64,000 nt of DNA, taken from contig CAJINV010000003.1 in assembly GCA_905178155.1 (NCBI GenBank), positions 1,253,560-1,317,559 of the forward strand, read 5' to 3'. The position numbers and the translations under genes were made by a program. The notes beneath the pieces were generated by a model. It saw only the letters and a list, made by a program, of their open reading frames with translations, had not been told where the DNA came from and searched no databases. Each line of letters begins with the position of its first letter. Position 1 is the first letter of the stretch. The DNA is from Amoebophrya sp. A120. Its lineage: Eukaryota > Protista > Dinoflagellata. Positions 63,263 to 64,000 of this stretch are shown here, in pieces.

Positions 63263-63880
63263 TTACCGGGCCGGCAATATGACCCGCATGGGGCACCCGC
63301 GAGGAGCGAGAATTCGAATCCGCTCCCCACAAAAGCAGGAATCTGACCCGCCGCGGCAGCGAAACCGCGCCGGTACAAGGCCGCGGCCGTTGGCGGGGGC
63401 GATGAAAGGGCCACGGCATCCTGGCACTTTTGGTGGGATTCCGGAGTCTGACCATCCGGGCTCGCATGAGCTACCTTGGCCGATTTTTCTTGGTCTTTCC
63501 GATATAACCTCGACCCTCTGGAAGCGGATCTGAGGCACGCGCGTGAGCCTGCCGAATATGCGGGGTTTGATTGGCCCAGGCGACAAAGGTCGTGGTGGTC
63601 TGGTGTGCGGGGTGGGGCTGCGGGTGCGCAGGGGCGGGCACCCCTGCCCGGGGCGGATGGGCTCCACTAAAGAGGTCCGCGGAAGGCGTCCGGAGGGCGC
63701 CGCCCCTCGCGTTCCGCATGCAGGTGCCCCGATCTGCCTGCCGGTGCCTGCTAGGGCCCTTCTCGGGTTGCGGCCTTGGATCCAGTGCAGAATAGGATAT
63801 GCAGAGTGCCCAAGGCGGACGCCCTCCTCCAGATTCTGGAGCACATCCACTAGTTGGGTGATTTTTGCGATTTTGTAAAT
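63263..63880 (-). CDS. Possible last exon of a gene beginning beyond the window (Pro/Arg/Gly-rich)
   Basis: GC-rich island preceded on minus by TGTTTTTCCAG (acceptor-like, ~63881). The frame is ambiguous. Confidence 0.3.
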   Translation of the reverse strand: MYKIAKITQLVDVLQNLEEGVRLGHSAYPILHWIQGRNPRRALAGTGRQIGAPACGTRGAAPSGRLPRTSLVEPIRPGQGCPPLRTRSPTPHTRPPRPLSPGPIKPRIFGRLTRVPQIRFQRVEVISERPRKIGQGSSCEPGWSDSGIPPKVPGCRGPFIAPANGRGLVPARFRCRGGSDSCFCGERIRILAPRGCPMRVILPAR

Positions 63881-64000
63881 CTGGAAAAACAACAGAAATA
63901 TTACAATGGTCGGTCTAATTGAGATCTATAAGCCGCATGGGCAGAAATAAGTAGCTCGTATATCCTTCTAGGTAGTGGCTTTGATCAAATAATTGAGCCC

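Noticed and set aside
63280-63335. tRNA-like TTCGAATCC motif
   Set aside because: The flanks do not form a T-stem and no cloverleaf can be built.

Overview
Eukaryotic genomic DNA, most consistent with a Syndiniales dinoflagellate such as Amoebophrya (inference from the TIR/DR-flanked non-canonical introns and the single gene orientation). All supported genes are on the minus strand. (1) Bases 2-37905 hold the 5' part of a giant gene that the ORF track misses because it has no stop codon in the window. A 300-nt exon (signal peptide plus a fibre-like head), a GT-AG intron (37439-37605) and one stop-free exon of at least 37.4 kb encode at least 12,579 aa. The protein is almost entirely about 1,030 divergent 12-aa repeats (GSSLSVLDFxxL / GSSLSLRSFARL / GSSLSVYGMxRL) arranged as 36-aa super-repeats, probably a secreted beta-solenoid or triple-beta-helix fibre. 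The many short ORFs listed over 1-37 kb are shadows of this frame. (2) Bases 42-49 kb contain five MITE-like elements of 209-293 bp with TATC...GATA-type terminal inverted repeats inserted in coding sequence. Four have perfect 5-bp target-site duplications, and removing element plus one duplication restores the frame each time, so they behave as introner-type introns, mostly without GT-AG ends. (3) The rest holds a ~7-TM membrane protein, a Cys/His zinc-finger-like protein, a protein with an acidic Trp-rich tail, and a 1624-aa 2OG-Fe(II) oxygenase-domain protein.
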